Assembly (NCBI GenBank): GCA_965655095.1
Contig: OZ296654.1
Span: 39,618,001-39,682,000, forward strand
Reading direction: 5' to 3'
Origin: Haplodiscus bocki
Taxonomy: Eukaryota
DNA length: 64,000 bases
The notes below the pieces were generated by a model. That model saw only the letters and a list, made by a program, of their open reading frames with translations. It did not search any database and had not been told where the DNA came from. Shown here piece by piece: positions 38,701-50,290 of this stretch. The first letter of the stretch is position 1; each line of letters begins with the position of its first letter. Position numbers and translations under genes: made by a program.

Positions 38701-38843
38701 TGCTCCGCCAATCCCCCGTCTCGTGGATCTGGTACACGTGTTTAAAGGAGTAGTAGTGGAGCAATTTAAAAACAGACTAGAAAAACTCTCAGTGATTCGA
38801 TTCTTCTTTGGCGATTGTTAAAGCTACTTTTCAAAAATCTACA
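35717..38843 (+). repeat. 5' LTR of gag-only element 2
   Basis: Direct repeat of 40438-43584. Confidence 0.95.
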
Positions 38844-38844
38844 G

Positions 38845-38864
38845 TGGCGCTCCTGGATGGGCTC
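38845..38864 (+). promoter_or_regulatory. Primer binding site, tRNA-Asn-like
   Basis: TGGCGCTCCTGGATGGGCTC 1 nt after the LTR. Close to the metazoan tRNA-Asn complement TGGCGTCCCTGGGTGGGCTC. Confidence 0.75.
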
Positions 38865-38958
38865 ATCTCTGTTTTGATTTATTCTTCTACCCTTTAAGTC
38901 AAAATTTCTTGTTTTCCCAGTTATTCCCCTTCCTGTTATTCTCTGGTTCTTTTACCCG

Positions 38959-39821
38959 ATGGAGAGCGACGAAGACAACACCCCACAGCAGCAGCAAGAG
39001 GAAGGCGACACCGACACAGGTGGTAAAAAGAAATGCTCCAGTAAGTCCCATCCTTGTTTCCACTCTCAGACTCCAGTAGGAAGGCCCAAAGACGTGAAGC
39101 TCAGTGCAAGTTGTATGAACTTCAATGCGAACTGGAAAAACTCAAACTGGAAGCAGAAGACGACTCAGAAGAATCAGACGTCGCAGAAAACATTTGTCGA
39201 AGAAAATCTAGAACGGTATACCAAGAATGCCCCATTAAACCCGAGAAATTTCCGGGTACATTTTTTTCTCGTTGGGAACAGTGGGTCAAGCATTATAAAT
39301 CGGTAGTTAAAGCTAACATATGGTCTGATGCGCAAGCGATTGAGGCCCTTCCTGCTTGCCTAACTTCATGGGCTCTTGAAGAATTTGAAACCGTACCCCG
39401 CCATTATGTTGAAAAAGTTCTAGGGAAGAAGACGCCAAATTTTGATGCATTACTAGAAGTACTTGAACTTAAAATGCAACAATACCGCAGTAAGAGAGCC
39501 GCAAGATCTGAGTTCAAAGCAGTAAAACAAATGGAAAACGAAAGCTTGAAAGATCATTTCCGAAGATTACGTTACTTGGGAGATTTAGCACTTTCAGAAA
39601 AATCACACAAAGAAAAAGATGAGAATTTACGTGATCAGTTTTTGGATGGACTCTTCGACCTTCGGTTGCAACAAAAACTCTTTGAAGACGAAACGGACCG
39701 CAATTTTTGCGAGGTTTTATACAGGGCAGAAGAACTGGATCTCATCCAGAAAAATTCTGAAGAAAGACGCGGATCACTGCTGTATTTTTTCCGGGATGTG
39801 AGAACGACCGACCAAGGATAA
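38959..39821 (+). pseudogene. gag: Ty3/gypsy-type gag capsid ORF with a frameshift near 39055
   Basis: ATG 38959 (MESDEDNTPQQQQ) shifts into frame 39054-39821: PIKPEKFPG..FSRWEQW...ANIWSDAQAIEALPACLTSWA...KQMENESLKDHFRRLRYL (MHR-like)...LRDQFLDGL. No CCHC knuckle seen. Confidence 0.8.
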
Positions 39822-40437
39822 CCAGAAGCCTCTGGGAGGAAGGAGCCATCGTCGTGACCGTAAGACTGAAATTATCTTAATAACTCTAAATTATTGTAAA
39901 CACTCTACCCTCCTGTATTTATTTGCCCCATAAATGAGTGAAGTTATTTTGTCCCGTATTTAAGAAGTCCCTTCTCAGGTCTCTCCCTGCTTGGACAAAA
40001 AAAGATGAAAGAAATAGGTTAGATAAAAGTTGGAAAACGATAAAAAGAACGCGGTTAATAACCTCCCAGTTTTTGTTGAATTCAATCTGACTTACAAATT
40101 GTTGCTTGTCAGTTGTCTGCTTGATCTTGATAAAAAAAATAGTTTTACGAAGAACGAAATATACGTTGGCTGGATCAAAATAACTGAGAGAAACGGAATC
40201 AAACTGGTGTTTTGGAATTAAAGGAAAAAAAAGAAGCAGCGAAAACGCAAAATCCTTTGTTTGTGTCATGTTGAAGTGTTTCTAATTGCAGTAGAACTAA
40301 TATTTGTGGAAATTAGATATTAAAATTGAAAATGATAGAATGCAACCTGACCAGACAGTCCTTAAGAAAATAGGAACGATGCGAAAAATTTAATAAACCA
40401 ACTACTCAGGAGAAGTAGTAGTCCAAGTGGGGGGAAA

Positions 40438-43400
40438 TGTGAGATTTGTGCCATCGTTTTTTTCTTTAACTGTTTATTAAATTTTGATAGTCAACTAAAA
40501 TTACTTAAAGTGAAAGGTACTCGATAGGATATAAGATGAAAACAAGAATATTGGTTAAATGAGAGCCAATGAGATTGCTCTACGAGAGTAAACAGCAACC
40601 GCAGCATCTAATTTAAAAGTTGGTCTAATTCGAACCCCAACTTTAACGTCCATTTTCTCGAAGACTATTATAGATAGAGCAAAACGGTTTGCACCAATGA
40701 AAACTACATTCCAAGACGAACAAGTTGGGTGATTTTCACCGCATTCTAAAAATTAAAAGTTGTCGAAAAATTAAAAGGAAAATTATTACGGTCCGGAAAA
40801 TGGTAAAATCGTGATTTCACAGTTCAGTTGCAACTTTAGAAGCGTATAAAAATGAAAGCGGAGTGAAAACAAAATGTCATCAATACAAAAGGAATACAAT
40901 AGGAGTGCTTTTTGGAGTGAATTTTGACCACGCGCACGGCCGCCACCACCCCACGTATTAGCATATTTACGCTCTCGCTGCTCAAAATCAGACCGGTTTT
41001 TTTAATGTTCCCCAATGTTTGCTTGCTTATTTCTCAAAGATGAAAAAAGATATCGACGAACGGTTTTCACCATTAAAAACTACATCTATAGGAAAACTTA
41101 AGTTTGGAATATGAGCAAAATCGGACGAATTTAAGATATTGAAAAATTATAGTAAACGAAAAGTACACTCCCGAAATTGCCAAATTGACTTCAGTTAAAA
41201 ATTCATTTTGAGCGAACCACGCATCAGAAAAGGCTTGTATTAGTCTTAATCGGATGATATTTAAATGGACTAATGTCCCTGAAAAGATGAATTGATTATA
41301 TTCAGTCATAATCTATTCAGTCATAATCATATTCAGTCTCAGGAGAACTGAGTAAGAAATCGCCAAAAAACGCCCAAAATAGCCTAAAATCGTCAAAAAT
41401 CGCAGTTTTTCCGCTTATTAGTTAACGAGTAGCCAAAATAGAAATTAACCATATTACTAGCGATTGAAAACTTTTTATTAGGAGGAATGAAGAATAACAA
41501 TAGAACAAGTTTAGCAAGCTAAAAATGGCCGCCCCGCAAATTTACAACAAGCTAAAACCACGGATTTTGGAAAATGTCGACTTGCAAAACGGCTACCCCC
41601 CGCACCTTTTTGAAGAGAGAAACCTGAAAATTTAACATAATGTTCCTAACAACCTCCCCCAGGAAAGTTACCAAGGATTTTCCGAAACTTTGCCTGTACG
41701 TTGAGAAAATCGACTTTGAAGGTGGACCCAGATAGTGAAAAATGGCCAAAATCGTTACTTTTGCGGAAAAGTGAATAACTTTTTTTTCAGACCAGCTAGA
41801 GAGCTCATCTTTTCGTTAAAATACTCTTACTTAAGTGTAATAACGGGAAAATACCACCCGCGCGCTGGGAAAACTTTATATGTTGAGAAAAATGACATCA
41901 AAATGACCAAAAATCGATTTTTCGGACATGGAATTTTGACCACTTTCAGAAAATCATATTTTTTTCGACCATGAATATTGAAAATAACTATAACAAGTTA
42001 TATACTGCCAAAAACTACATTGAATACCGCGTGTAGTGATCTGCTCATTTTATATTCACGATGTATATGATAGACGCAATTAATTATTGAATTTTAGACA
42101 AAAACTACGCCTTTTTTCGGACATTTATTTTTGCATGGATTCTATGACGGGAATGGTTAGGGAAGATGTTTTAACCACTTACTTTGGAAGTACTTGGTCA
42201 CGCGCGACGAATAAAAAAGCTGACGCATCAGCCGAAAGGGGTTGTTAATCAAAATGGCGACATAAACGAATGGAAACGAAGAGGAAAATTTTAGTCATTC
42301 TTTCACCACCCGCGTTTTGCCAGTGGATACGACCAAATACAAATAATCATAACTGATGTAAGCAAAAAAATAAACACCGATTAGTACCAAAACTGATGAT
42401 TACCGTACCGAAGTGAAATAAACGAAATAACCAACGAATATTCAATAAGTCATTTTATAAATTATTGGACACGAATAACCGGATGACTGACAGTAATGCC
42501 GAAAGTAATTGAATGGTACCGAAAGCCAGAAAAGTGGCTGAAAACGGAACTCTCCATTAGTAATAGATGACGAATAGTCTAAAATGTGATAAGATTGGAA
42601 ACGAGTACGACGAATGACTAAAATGATTAATTCGATGAAAATACACCCGAAGACGAACGAAAAAGTGAAGTGCTAGGCGCACAAAGTGAGTTGAAATCTG
42701 GAGAACGGTTTGCTACTTTGCTGTCAACGGATAGAGTACGAGTCTTTGAGTCCGGGACTAAAGATTGCAGATTTACTTCAACAACCCTTGTTAGAGAGTC
42801 CGGGACTTTTTAACATTAGATTGTGATCCGGATCATAGTTTGTTGTCTTGACTGAATTGGGGAGTTGGACTTCGCCAGATTCTTTTGAGATGTTCTGCTT
42901 TAACGCCGTGAGACGCGGGTTAGAGAGTAATTTGGGCCCCAGCGGTGGCTGAACCGTGGATTAGTTAGAAATAGGAGTCCGGGACTGTTTTGCATCACTC
43001 CAAGAATGTTAGAGAAGGCGGCGAGTTATTGAAATACAAGTTATTTGTTTTCTCAATCATTCGTTGATTGAGTACCTTTCAATTCTTCCTTCGGGAAATC
43101 TTCTTGTTGTTGTAACCCCGTTTTATCTGATTTGTTTATTGGTTCTGTGAACAATATATTACTCAAAGTATTATCCATTATTTAATTGATATCCAGTAAT
43201 ACAAGTATTAATCAATGAAAGATATTATTTAGCATGATTGTAATATTCTATTACTTTGTGTCATTTAATTAACTTTGAGATAGTTCCTCATCAGAGAACA
43301 TTTTATTTAACAGTCAAGAGCTACGAGACACCCCTTAAAAGAGGAATCAAAACAGAACCGCGTTTCTTAGCGCATCTTACCCCCACCGCCTCCGAAATTT

Positions 43401-43584
43401 TAGACTTTTCTTTTCTTTCGGAGTTATAAATTTTTTGTGGATGCTCCGCCGATCCCCCGTCTCGTGGATCTGGTACACGTGTTTAAAGGTGTAGTAGTGG
43501 AGCAATTTAAAAAGAGATTAGAAAAACTCCCAGTGATTCGATTCTTCTTTGGCGATTGTTGAAGCCACTTTTCAAAATTCTACA
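40438..43584 (+). repeat. 3' LTR of gag-only element 2
   Basis: Preceded by PPT (40425-40437) and followed by TSD AATAA. Confidence 0.95.
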
Positions 43585-46500
43585 AATAAGTTCCAAGGAA
43601 ATTGTTCTTGACCACATCCACTCGAAAGCCTTTTTACATACGAGCAGCTGAAAGTAAAAATTTTACCTACAATGCTTTAGAAAGTTCATTTACACCGTTT
43701 CTTTTCGGAAGAAAACCGTTGTTAGCTACGGCAACGAAGTGTTATATGAATAACTGCAATAAAAATGCAACACATTTTCTTGTAACTCGAGTACGTTTTC
43801 TTACAAGATACTCCAGAGAGTCAGGTACAGCTAGAAAAGTACCTTCAATAAAAAAATACTTCTGAACGTTGTTTATTCAACGGTTTTCAAAAACTTTTTT
43901 TTGCATAAAAATCACTCAGACGAAAATGTAGCTTTCTTGACTGCCAACTTTTTAGTGAATTAAAAATGCCAACAGGTTAATTAGTCTCAGAGCTGAGGAC
44001 AATCAAACAAAAAATCTTGAAAAATCTGCGAAAACAACAACAAGTTGCAAACAAAAAAGCATTGTTGTTTCACCAGAAGCCCTGAAAAAAAGTGAAACGC
44101 TGCAAGTTGGCGCGTTCCATCGTCGACCATGACCATGGGGACAAAAATCGGAACAGTTATCAGGTTATTGCGAGAAAGTGTGTTTCACAACGAAAACTAT
44201 CAGTAGTTGCTTTTGAAAACTTCTGCTTTCATTCATAGGGGTAACAAAAATGTCTTGCTTTCGCGGCTCAAAAACCTTTAAAATCAAAACTGTTGAATTT
44301 TTGCAGAATATTGTTGCGCGGGGAAGTAGATTTTGGTTCAATTTAATGTTGACAAAAACTTATTGCTTTCTTGGTGTGTGGCTGTTATTGATTAAACGAA
44401 CTTAAACCTCAAATTTGCCTTGCCGACCCGCGTAAACAAAGTAGATCGTGAATTCGCTAGAAAGAACTTAGTGGACAGCTATTGAGTGGCTGAAGGTTTT
44501 GTCAAAAATTTATTCAACGCGAGCAATTTTGTTATAAAAACTGGGCAAGTTATGCTTCCAAATACAATGAATGCAATGTCAAATTTGGTAGCGAGTTTAC
44601 AGGGGACGGTACTGGTTTAGGCGCAGAAAGCTTTGGTTCTGAATTCACTCTATTCCAATATCAATCAAAGTAAGAACGCGAGCAGTTTTACCATACAATG
44701 TTATTTGATCAAAATTTATTAACACTCAGAATTTTATGCCAGTATTATCAATTTAAATTTTTCAAACTAAATTTCATAGATAATATTGTTGCACGCGCTT
44801 TTAATTGACGCAAAAATGAAATACAAAAATAACAGTAGCTCCGGTACTGATAATTAAGCAATACCTTTTCTCATCTTGCAGGAGTTGAGTTGCTTTTGAG
44901 CACCATCGGTTTGCTCTGTTTTAAGTTTGTGCTAGAACGGAGAATATAATCATCCGTCTTTTCTAGCAGTTTAATTTCTAAGTGAACTTCTAAGTCACTT
45001 TTAGTTACGACTAAGTAATTCACGTAATGAATCAACCAGGCGAGTTCTCTAGGGCCAGTTCATAGTTGGGCCAGTTCATAGTCGTCAACCAGTAGAAAAG
45101 ATCTAGGGATTTTGTTGACCGCTTGCTCAATTTCGGTCAGATGTTTGGGTTAGTAACTAAGATTGGGTAACTCGCTTTATAGCGTAGCAATGGAGCGATT
45201 TCTCCTATGTTCAGGCAATTACCATCGGATAACCAATGAACCTGATTCTGATCGAAACTGGGTTACTAAATAGTTTTATCTAATAGGACTCAGCATCATT
45301 GCACTTCAATGGAGGCAGCCTGAAAAGGCACAATCCCAAATGGCAGAACCACTGAGCACTTTTTTTTAAGTTTCTGACAATTGTCAATGGACTCTTGTTA
45401 AGAGTGCTCTTGTTCAGAGCAATTTCCGTTGTTTGGTGATTTCAGTACGTATCGGTGTGCTGTTTATAGTCCTTTTCGATGCACTTTTGCAAAAAAAAAC
45501 GATTTTCTGAGAGTCTTTGCATAGTAGATTTCGTGCCCGAATAAGAAGGATTTTCCAAATTTCAGAGGTTTCAAAGTTTTTGAGAGAAAAGAGAGTTGAA
45601 ATTTCAGTGTTTGCTAATTTCTGTGTTCGTTGTTGACGGTAGGTGATCACGAGAGTTATGATTTTTGCTGTTTTTGGCCGGCCGTTTAGTTTTTCCGAGC
45701 CCTCGTACTTTTCAAGGTTATGACAAAGTACGGTAGACCTTACGCCAAGGAGCATCAAATGTGGTGATCCTCTAAAAGAAGTCTAAAATTGAACTCTTGG
45801 GAAGCAAGGTGTGCCGTTCGTGAAGCAATAAAATCAATCACCGGGAACGGGGTGTAGGAAATAGAAAAACTTCGTTGCGATTCGTTTTGGGCATGTTAAC
45901 GAATTTTTGAAGTTTCAAATTGTGCAAATCGAACTTCGTTACCGCTCTCCAACAACCATTCCTTCAAATGGTAAGTAACTGTTAATACCTCTATCATGTC
46001 ATTTTCTGAATTGAAAACTAGCACAGTTTAGCCTTATGGCTACCGCGACAATAAATATCACAAAATTTCTCCGAACTGGCAGTTGTGAAAGTTTGTCGAA
46101 AAAAAGGTTTTACATGCCCTTATTGTTTCTTTGTGCGAATTTAGGTACACTTTTCAGTTGAACTTTTGCTCGTTTTTTATCTTCCATGGTATTCCAGGAA
46201 AAACGAAACGAAAACGAAAAATAGGAGCTAAGATGCTTAGCGCTAGGCTTGCGAAAAGCAAGTCTCGTGCTTTTTATGATTGCTGCGGTGATGGAAATTT
46301 TCGCAGAAAATGCGGATCAGACGAAAGAACAATTTGCAGCTCCAAAATGGAAAAAAGTTGTTGAGAAAACTAATAGTAGTAATTTCCATAAGAATCGCTC
46401 AAAACTTTAGTAGACCCAAAAATGCCAAAACTCACGGTTGGTTTCTGGTAAAATTTTTTTATCAGATTCAAAATTTTTGTACGACCCGTAAAAAACAACA

Positions 46501-47180
46501 GATTTTCTTTCGCGATGCGATCATTTTCCCCAGTTTTTTCAAGCAAAAGTTGCATAAGAAATTGGAAAAAATTGCACACCTTCCATTTGATGTTTCAGTT
46601 CAACAGCACCCAATCAATTTATGCAACAAACCAACCAACCCAATTTTGTAAATACAAATAAGTGGTTGAAAATGGAGTTCTTCAGGTTTTTTGGAATTTT
46701 TTCTTCATAACTCGCCGGAAAAAAGCAAAACTTCGAGGAAAGATCAGATGAACCAACTAAGACAAATAATCATCACCCTAGAGGGCCAAAAATTTTCAGT
46801 GTAACTTTTTCTTCGCCAAAAGTTTCGTTCTTGTTATTTTTTTGTGAAAAATGTTAAGAGATTTGCAGATTTTGGGTAAAGTAAGTCATCCAAACTTAAA
46901 AATATTAAAATAGTCTTTTCAACTCATTTCAACCCTCTAAATTTTAAAATGACTTTTCCGATAAAATTTAAAAATGCATGCAGATAGGCAGATAAAAGTC
47001 TTCATTCACTTTATTCAGAAGACAAAAGTTATAAAAATTCATTGAAGCACAACATTGAATGGTTTGCACATTTTTTCAAAGATGTTATCAATAAAAGATG
47101 GTTACGGTTGAATTTCTTGATGATTTTTTCCGATAATGATATGTTTCGCAATCCCTAAAGTTTTCATGTTTTGTTTTCAG

Positions 47181-47979
47181 TTCTCTGATATCAGCGGCAT
47201 CTCTCAAAAAACGAATCCGAAGAAAAGCGAGTTTGATCGGATCGCGTTTCAAAGAGACCATCTCCAAGGACGANNNNNNNNNNNNNNNNNNNNNNNNNNN
47301 NNNNNNNNNNNNNNNNNNNNNNNNNNNNNNNNNNNNNNNNNNNNNNNNNNNNNNNNNNNNNNNNNNNNNNNNNNNNNNNNNNNNNNNNNNNNNNNNNNNN
47401 NNNNNNNNNNNNNNNNNNNNNNNNNNNNNNNNNNNNNNNNNNNNNNNNNNNNNNNNNNNNNNNNNNNNNNNNNNNNNNNNNNNNNNNNNNNNNNNNNNNN
47501 NNNNNNNNNNNNNNAATGACGTTATCATAAACAGTCCCCTAGAAGGCAGAAAAATTGGAAAAAATGGGCGGGGCAAGGAATGTCGCAACAAAATGTTCAT
47601 CAGCAGTAATATTAGTAATAATAATATTATTAATTATAATCATAATAACCACCCAGTTAGAGGTTCTTGTCAATTATCATTTTGTGAAGATTCTATTCAG
47701 CAAGACCACAAAACCTTCTCACCCCAGTCACCGATAGAGGGCGTGGTTGGAGCTGCTCTCGCAGCAGCTGCCGCAGCCGACGAGAACCGAATCAGTCGAT
47801 GCGACTCGGATGAAACGTTATCGTGCAGTCGATCGGGAATAACTCTTGCAGCCAATCAGAGATGCGCACCGTCAAATTATAGTCGACAAAGCAGTGCAGT
47901 CAGGATTAACAATGTCGAGGGAGAGGCTGGAGGAGGGGGCAATGGGAACCGGGGAAGGGAGACGCCTAAAGATTTGAAG
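47181..47979 (+). CDS. GPCR coding exon 4 (long intracellular loop 3), spanning N-gap 47274-47514
   Basis: Acceptor TGTTTTCAG, phase 2. Translates (S)SLISAASLKKRIRRKASLIGSRFKETISKD-[gap]-NDVIINSP...RGRETPKDLK, frame preserved across the gap. Donor AAG|GTTACT, phase 0. Confidence 0.7.
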
Positions 47980-48357
47980 GTTACTTGGGGGAGGGGGTCC
48001 CTAATAGTTCACATTGTTCGAGGATGTTCTGTATGGAGTATTTCATTCAAAATTTACATGGAGGACCTTTTGTTTAGTAGGTTGTTTAATAATTTCTATG
48101 AATCTACTAGAACTAAAAATCAACGGGTATCGAAAAATTATTGCCACTTGTTAAATTCTGAAGCGGATGGATCGATTTGTGGACATATCTCGATATTTGG
48201 TCATAAATTTAATCGTTAGCACGAAAGCAATATGTCACTTCAAGTTCATGTTTATATTCTAGTACTTAACTTGGTTTATAATTCAACTGCTAGACGCATT
48301 AGCTCAATTCATAACTCAGGTAATCTCGTCAGAAGTAACGATAAATTTTTTTTTCAG

Positions 48358-48446
48358 CTCACAAAAGCGCTGCTGGTAATTGCTCTTGCTTACGTCATCT
48401 TGTGCACCCCGTACATACTCTATCACCTCCTATTTCGCATCTACAT
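48358..48446 (+). CDS. GPCR coding exon 5 (TM6)
   Basis: Acceptor TTTTTTTTTCAG, phase 0. Translates LTKALLVIALAYVILCTPYILYHLLFRIY with the TM6 Pro. Canonical donor AT|GTAAGT. Confidence 0.85.
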
Positions 48447-49160
48447 GTAAGTCAGTTATAAAATCGTAACAAATTAGATGAAAATTAAATTAACTAGCAT
48501 ACATAAATCACCAGTCTATGAAATTAACCAGTGTGAAAAAACCTAATTGCGGGAAAAGTCCATCCTGATTCCACTGCCTCTTTCCCGCCAAGTTTTTCCA
48601 CTTTTTTACGCTGTCGGAAAAACGTGTGAACAGAATTTTTAATGGTCAAGTGTCCACGGACAGGAAATTAGACTACTTGTTTTCCATGATGCACATGGAA
48701 AATACTTGGAAATAAGTATGTTCACGTTGGAATGAATTATAAAATGATGGATGGGAGTTGCGGTCACAAAACGTATCTCTCAAAATATACTACGAGACAT
48801 AAATCAATTCCACTGCCGTCAAAATCGGTCAGCTTGAAAATTCCTTCTTTCACTGCCATGCAGAAAAATGCGACATTTCGGATTACATTCACTGAGCTGG
48901 AAAATTTAAGGATAAAAAATTGTTTATAAAAATAAATTGTGAGTGTTTATCACAAACGCCTATGATACAGTTCTGAAAGCTTCTGGAGTAGGTCTTTGAA
49001 GTTCCATGCAAAACCGAGTTGATTTTTTTTGTTTTAGCAATCATTGTTTACTGCTCAAAATCTTGTTCATTTTATAAATGTCTTCGAGATGTTTCGCAAC
49101 AAGAGGCTCAGCAATTCTGTGATATTTTCTGTTCACGGGGCCACGAAAAAAACATTGAAC

Positions 49161-49848
49161 TCATACACTGTCATTTATAGTGATGTATGAAAACATGAAG
49201 ATCATACATACACTGTATCATAAAGACAAATGGATGTCACGAGAATCATAAAAGTCCATAAAATAGCGCAGTTTAGGACTTGCATGGCCATAATGTTTTA
49301 TTATTCCATGAATGTCAAAAAATGAACTATATTATGGCCATTGTATGGGGAAACGTGCGTGACTTTGTGAAATTAGGATAATGTATTCTAATGAACAAAA
49401 ATTTGACCTGAAATACTTATGGAAAAAATTGCATTAAAGGGTGAAGTTCGAAAATTACGACAATATGACTAAAAATCGGAATAAATGCCAATGAAGTTCA
49501 TTTTTTAGTGGATAGAAGTAAATAGCAGATATCTTGAATTCCCTTTTCCAAAATGTATGATCTCCAATGTCTAGTATTGAAGATATTAGGATAACGCTAC
49601 CAAGCCGTTTTCCTGAAAAACAAAGTGTAAGGTTCCGAAAGCTGGTCTTAGTGGTGGGTCTTGAAATTTTTAGGTCCTCTGACTCAATCAAAATTATCAA
49701 AAAAGAAAATATACACTAATTGGTTGCAAAATTGATCTACGGGTTATGGTTGTCAGGTGAGTCATAGAATGGTGGTCATGAATGAAATTGCCAGATCTTC
49801 AACTGTTTTTTATGGAAGTGAATGGTCCATAAACTGGACAGTGTATGA
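49161..49848. mobile_element. Possible MITE
   Basis: 12-bp perfect inverted repeat TCATACACTGTC (49161-49172) / GACAGTGTATGA (49837-49848), extending imperfectly inward. Confidence 0.45.
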
Positions 49849-49959
49849 CATTCATGTTATATCAAACCGGGAGGGTAAGATAAAACTCTAAAGGCAAATG
49901 GCGGAAAATTTCGAGAAAAACATAGGCACCCTAGGATGCGAGGGGGCTTGCTTTTAGCA

Positions 49960-50290
49960 CGGTAAGTAAAATATTAGACAAAAATGGTATTCTCAAACTC
50001 ATTTCTATGTGTCCAAGAGAATATTTTTTTTTGAAAAACTAAAAGTTTAGAAATTTATTTGGACTTTTATCGAAAAAATTGTCGGCAAGGTTGTCAAAAC
50101 TGCATTCTATGTGGCCAGAAAAACAATGTCGGAAGAAAAAAATTGAGAAAAAGCTATAAATTTAGGAACTTTTTCGGTTTTCGAGCGAAAGATTTTGGGA
50201 CTTTGTGGAAAAAATTTTCGGCACGATTGTCAAAACTACTTTCTACGCGTCCGCGGGAAAAGTTTGAGCGAATAAAATTTTCCCACAAAA
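49960..50290. repeat. Degenerate ~135-bp subrepeats
   Basis: AAAATTGTCGGCAAGGTTGTCAAAACTGCATTCTA (~50075) repeats as AAATTTTCGGCACGATTGTCAAAACTACTTTCTA (~50212), with a weaker third copy near 49990. Confidence 0.55.

Larger units (their letters stand above)
35717..43584 (+). mobile_element. Gag-only non-autonomous LTR element with ~3.1-kb LTRs
   Basis: LTRs 35717-38843 (3127 bp) and 40438-43584 (3147 bp), TGTG...TACA. 5-bp TSD AATAA at 35712-35716 and 43585-43589. PBS at 38845, PPT AAGTGGGGGGAAA before 40438. The 1594-bp interior holds gag only. Confidence 0.92.

Noticed and set aside
44900-45960. Possible additional solo LTR (GC-richer, short duplication GGGCCAGTTCATAGT)
   Set aside because: Could not define TG...CA ends with a TSD.
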